A stretch of DNA of 64,000 nt. Origin: Macrostomum lignano. Taxonomy: Eukaryota. The notes under the pieces were generated by a model, which was given only the letters and a program-made list of their open reading frames with translations, was not told the origin of the DNA and did no database searches. The stretch covers positions 62,001-126,000 of the forward strand of contig NIVC01002432.1 of assembly GCA_002269645.1 (NCBI GenBank), read 5' to 3'. A program made the translations under genes and the position numbers. Below, in pieces: positions 58,801 to 64,000 of this stretch (position 1 is the first letter of the stretch; every line of letters begins with the position of its first letter).

Positions 58801-61760
58801 CGTGATGGCAATCCAAGCATCGCCCGTGAAGCGGTGCACCCTGGCGGAGATCTACCAGTACCTGCAGGACAATTTCCCATTTTTCCGTGGCCAGTACCAG
58901 GGCTGGAAGAACTCTGTGCGGCATAATTTATCGCTGAACGAATGCTTCATCAAACTGCCGAAAGGTTTGCCGGGCACAGTTTTCGCTCGATAATTAATAG
59001 TAAATTGCAGGGACTTAGTGAAGTTTATTTTGCCAAGGCGCCTCAGGGTTTGCGGTACCCCCCGCTGACCCCCGAATCCACTACCTTCCCCCTCAGGTGC
59101 TGCTAGGGGGCGTCCCAAGCCATTTTTCGGTGGGAGAATTTTCCCACAATAATAGAATTGTTGGCGCGACCAAGGCGCAGCGGGAAGGCGCCCTTGACTT
59201 CCTGGCGCTTTAATCAGGGCTCTGCCTCAGTGGTCTGTTGCGCATTTGTCAATCAGTCTCTTCCCGATCTCTATGCAGAATTTGGACGCCATTTAGTAAT
59301 TATAATCTTATTATCAGTCAATTTTGTGTTTATACCAGATTAGTCAACTGTAAAGTAGAATTCGTTTGATAAAAGGTGTCCCATGCTAAATAAATATTGA
59401 ATTTTCCAACTTAACTTAACCTAGAAGCACGCATTTCAATCCTTAGCGGGGGAATCAAGCCATTGAAGACTTGCTTTTTATTGTCTATGACCCAACCTAA
59501 ATCCCTAGGTCTTATATCCTATGTAGAGCAGTATACTACAGTATTTAAAACCCCCAACACTTCATATCTCCGACACTTCATATCTCCGATACTTCATGTC
59601 TCCGACACTTCAAGTCTCCGATACTTCATGTCTCCGACACTTAATGTCTCCGATACTTCATGTCTCCGACACTTAATGTCTCCGACACTTCATGTCTCCG
59701 ACACTTCATGTCTCCGATATTTCATGTCTCCGATACTTCATGTCTCCGACACTTCATGTCTCCGATACTTCATGTCTCCGACACTTAATGTCTCCGACAC
59801 TTCATGTCTCCGACACTTCATGTCTCCGACACTTCATATCTCCGATATTTCATGTCTCCGATACTTCATGTCTCCGATACTTCATGTCTCCGACACTTCA
59901 TGTCTCCGATACTTCATGTCTCCGACACTTCATGTCTCCGACACTTCATGTCTCCGACACTTCATGTCTCCGATACTTCATGTCTCCGACACTTAATGTC
60001 TCCGACACTTCATGTCTCCGACACTTCATATCTCCGATACTTCATGCCTCCGACACTTCATATCTCCGACACTTCAAGTCTCCGATATTTCATGTCACCG
60101 ATACTTCATGTCTCCGACACTTCATGTCTCTGACACTTCATATCTCCGACACTTCATGTCTCCGACACTTAATGCCTCCGACACTTCATATCTCCGACAC
60201 TTCATGCCTCCGACACTTCATGCCTCCGACACTTCATGCCTCCGACACTTCATGCCTCCGACACTTCATATCTCCGACCCTTCATGCCTCCGACACTTCA
60301 TATCTCCGATACTTCATGCCTCCGACACTTCATATCTCCGACACTTCAAGTCTCCGATATTTCATGTCACCGATACTTCATGTCTCCGACACTTCATGTC
60401 TCCGACACTTCATATCTCCGACACTTCATGTCTCCGACACTTCATGTCTCCGATACTTCATGTCTCCGATACTTCATGTCTCCGACACTTCATGTCTCCG
60501 ACACTTCATGTCTCCGATACTTCATGTCTCCGATACTTCATGTCTCCGACACTTCATGTCTCCGACACTTCATGTCTCCGACACTTCATGCCTCCGACAC
60601 TTCATATCTCCGACCCTTCATGCCTCCGACACTTCATATCTCCGATACTTCATGTCTCCGACACTTCAAGTCTCCGATACTTCATGTCTCCGATACTTCA
60701 TGTCTTCGATACTTCATGTCTCCGATACTTCATGTCTCCGATACTTCATGTCTCCGATACTTCATGTCTTCGATACTTCATGTCTCCGATACTTCATGTC
60801 TCCGATACTTCATGTCTCCGACACTTCATGTCTCCGACACTTCATGTCTCCGACACTTCATATCTCCGATACCTGATATCATACTTAGTTGTCCTGTTCA
60901 TGCAGGCAGATTGTCTAAGGGTGGTACAGTGGCGAGTCTGCTGCATTGCTGACATGTGCTTGTACACCACCTTAACTGTACACCGGTACACACACACTGC
61001 AACTCATGCAGGCATCGGCCGGCCAGGCAAGGGCCACTACTGGACGCTCGACCAGCAAGCCGAGTTCATGTTCGAGGAGGGCAGCTACCGCCGGAGACCG
61101 CGCGGCTTTCGCCGGAAATCAGGCGGCGGCGGCGGCAGCCACCAGCAGCACGCGGCAGCTGCCAAGTCAGCGGTTGCAGCTGCTGCAGCCGCTGCCGCCG
61201 CAGCTGCAGCGGTGCCAAGCCCGGAAGCGCAGGCAGCAGCAGGCTGCTCCGGACTGGCTTCAACATCAGCTTCAGCGCCAACTTCTACACCGGGCATGAT
61301 TAATGCTAATGAGCATCCAGCAGATAGCTTTCCACTGCATCACCAGCATCACTGGTACCATCAGCAGCATCAGCATCTGCAGCAGCAGCTTCAGTACGAT
61401 AGCGGCGACGCGCTGATTGATCATCTAGGCGGCTGTCAGTCGTATCCAGCTGCCGCGGCTGCGGCTGCTGCGGCGGCCGCCGGTTATCCGGGCTATCACC
61501 AGCAGGTGCATCAGCAGCAGGTGTACCAGCACCAGCAGCACGAGCAGCCGCAATTCTCCAGTTGGAGTTTCCCGTCGCTAGGCTACGGACCAGCAGCTGC
61601 CTATCAGCAGCATTCGATTGCGGCGGCTTCGGCACCGGCCTGCGGGACCAGTGTCTGCTACGACGGCCCGCAGCAGCCGCCGCTGACTGGAAGCTCAGCT
61701 GTCACCATCGATGAGGCCTACAGCGGCCGACGACTACCGACCTATCCGGCGATCACGTGA
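55817..61760 (+). CDS. FOXF: Forkhead box F transcription factor, 4 exons, 436 aa
   Basis: Exons 55817-55952, 56053-56259, 58746-58964, 61012-61760. All introns are phase-1 GT-AG (1311 nt). Domain [16 protein letters not shown]...[21 protein letters not shown]|[11 protein letters not shown]...[18 protein letters not shown] is diagnostic of FoxF. C-terminus is Ala/Gln/His-rich. Confidence 0.93.
56285..56670. repeat. AG-rich ~17-bp minisatellite, FoxF intron 2
   Basis: Repeating agagtagagagggagggc with variants. Confidence 0.9.
57187..57580. repeat. ~32-bp minisatellite (GCAGTTTGTGAACCCCCATACCCCAGCTAAAG), FoxF intron 2
   Basis: Direct tandem repetition, about 12 copies. Confidence 0.92.
58255..58632. 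repeat. AG-rich minisatellite (GGGAGATAGGGGAGAGAA-like), FoxF intron 2
   Basis: Purine tract with ~18-bp periodicity. Confidence 0.9.
59560..60872. repeat. 16-bp minisatellite (ACTTCATGTCTCCGAC/T), about 80 copies, FoxF intron 3
   Basis: Direct tandem repetition. Source of the artefactual [16 protein letters not shown] ORFs. Confidence 0.97.
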
Positions 61761-63516
61761 CCCTAAAATCTAGACAACTGCGGCATGGCATAGGCCTGCT
61801 TACTCGCATGTACTTTTGCTACCTGCGTGTGTATGTTCACAAGCGTGCAAAACTCCATCTAAGCAAAATCGCGCAGTAAGTTTTAAGCTACGGGCCTTCG
61901 CAGGATTCCGCTGGCTCCTGAGCACATACCAGCGCGCCAATACTGTACGCAGGCACGCACTCACACACGCTCACACAGGGTGTACAGCGGCCCCGACTTT
62001 CTAATCGTCAGACATGTACACTCTGTGCCTTGGGGGGGGGTTGGCTCTCATGGCTGTGAATTGCACAACCCCTGGCCAGAAGTTTGGCTGCACAAGCCCC
62101 AGATGAATGTCGCCTTCACTTCACTTCACTGGGGGTCCGTAGCAGCTTGATTGGTCTAATATGAAAGCAAAATCTGTGCGGTTAACTCTTCAAAACACTT
62201 GGAATTACCAGCTTGCCGCCTGCTTGTCAACTGCGCGCTACTGACCGACCAGAGCTTGCGCCAGTGCTTGGCATTTCTCATTCTCGATTTCTTATGTCAA
62301 CGAAACGCGCGTGGTAATGCGCGCTTATTCAGCCTATCTCTTGTGCTACTACTAAAAGTAGCAGTTTGCAATTATGCGTGTAGTCGCAATTTTTTGCTGT
62401 TGTATTTTAATCTCCAATGCAAATATTCGTGCCGCAGAATAGCAATGCAAAAAAGCGGTTTTGTGGCTGGGTGCTTTTCTGAAAAGCAGTATTTGTAATT
62501 TAAAATCATTGACACACAGGAATTTTCGGAAACATATTAATACAAGCAGCTAACCAATGATCCATCCACCTAGCCATCAATCTTGAATAGTTTCTAGTCA
62601 AAGTTTACAGCACATGTACAAACTACTTGCAACTCAGATTCAGCCTACTCATTAGTAGTTTGCAACGAATATGCTCCCCCATACTGATTTGACCGTCTTG
62701 AAGTTTTGAAAAAAGAAGAAAATATACAAAACAGTCTACTTCTTTTCTGGGTTAAAACATTCGACAGTTATACGAGAGTAACGAGAGGAGAAAAAAAGAG
62801 AGTGGCAGAGGGAGAGCTTGCAACTTGCTGATTTGAGTTCTTTTTATATTTCAAATTTCTGCAACCTGAAAACAATTGCATATTTTCTTATAAAGAGAGC
62901 GACAGTGAAAAACAGACCAAACAGTTAAACTAAACAGAAAATGGTGACAGCGAGACGTGGCTGACAAATTAAGATTATTAGGTAAACTTTGTCTGGACTT
63001 ACTAATTTTAGTACTAAGGAAAACCAATATTTAGTAGAGTAGGGATAGGATTTCAATTTTCAACATAAAAAAGATGAGCGGTTTATTTAAATTGCACACG
63101 GATCTACTTAACCTGGCTTTTGAGTTTGCTGAATATATGCAAATATATAGTTCAAATTTGAAAACAGAAGCAACCTCACCAGTTCGATTGAGTTTCTGCA
63201 CGCGGATGACAATAATTATTTATATAAAAGTACGCAGTGACAAACGAGGGGATTCAGAGACAGAAAAAAACTGCTAGCTACTCATAGTAGTTTTCTAGTT
63301 GTCAGTTCAAATTTCGAATTCTGTAAGCAAATTGCACTAACCTATTTGTGCACGCGTGCTGTATAAATACGACCCAATTGGTTTAATTTAGATTTTTCTT
63401 CCGGAACATTTTAGCTTAACTGACATAGTGCTTTGCTGTTGATCCGCTTCAGTGTTAAAGACAGAGAGTTCAGTCAGAGTTTTTCATTCAGGTTTAAGAC
63501 AAACAAACCAACCAGC

Positions 63517-63777
<261 letters not shown>

Positions 63778-63851
63778 TCAGTGATCTTAGCGCTGTGAGA
63801 ATAAGCCAATACGGATTAACTAACACATTGAAAATAGGAAATAGGATCCTC

Positions 63852-64000
63852 GGGATGGGGATTCTCGCTTTTTTGACGGGTAATCTCACCTTTTTTGACG
63901 GGTTTTCTCACCTTTCTTGATGGGGAATCACACTTTTGTGATGGGGAGTCTCACTTTTGATGATGGGGAATCCCACTTTTGATGATGGGGAATCCCACTT
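63852..64000. repeat. ~20-bp minisatellite (GATGGGGAATCCCACTTTT), VCP intron, truncated by the window edge
   Basis: Degenerate tandem units at the window end. Confidence 0.8.

Noticed and set aside
59463-61011. ORFs up to 582 aa with [16 protein letters not shown] repeats fused to the FoxF C-terminus
   Set aside because: The repeat part is intron 3. The real exon starts at the AG acceptor 61010-61011, which restores the forkhead domain in phase.

Overview
Eukaryotic (metazoan) genomic DNA, not prokaryotic. It has GT-AG introns, GC-rich exons, AT-rich spacers and about 25 micro/minisatellite arrays covering roughly a fifth of the window. That style and gene set suggest a flatworm such as Macrostomum, but this is inference only. 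Genes I could reconstruct by hand: (1) an intronless somatostatin/allatostatin-C-type GPCR (-); (2) two intact 5-exon tandem DHDH (Gfo/Idh/MocA) paralogues (-); (3) an MSH4-like MutS gene whose ATPase motifs are all degenerate (+); (4) an intronless FMRFamide-receptor-like GPCR (+); (5) a 5-exon N-myristoylated NCS-like protein with non-canonical EF-hands (+); (6) a 4-exon FoxF gene (+); (7) the last exon of VCP/CDC48 (-). Mobile DNA: a young, internally deleted Ty3/gypsy element (near-identical LTRs, 5-bp TSD, tRNA-Ser PBS) whose LTR carries three perfect heat-shock elements, plus mariner, piggyBac, LINE and SINE remnants and foldback repeats. Most interesting: the HSE-loaded LTR inserted head-to-head with one DHDH copy; the open-frame but ATPase-degenerate MSH4; gene-conversion tracts between the DHDH copies that spare one candidate specificity loop; and a CpG-poor domain studded with TAGGCCTA palindromes. 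All family assignments come from remembered motifs, not from database searches.
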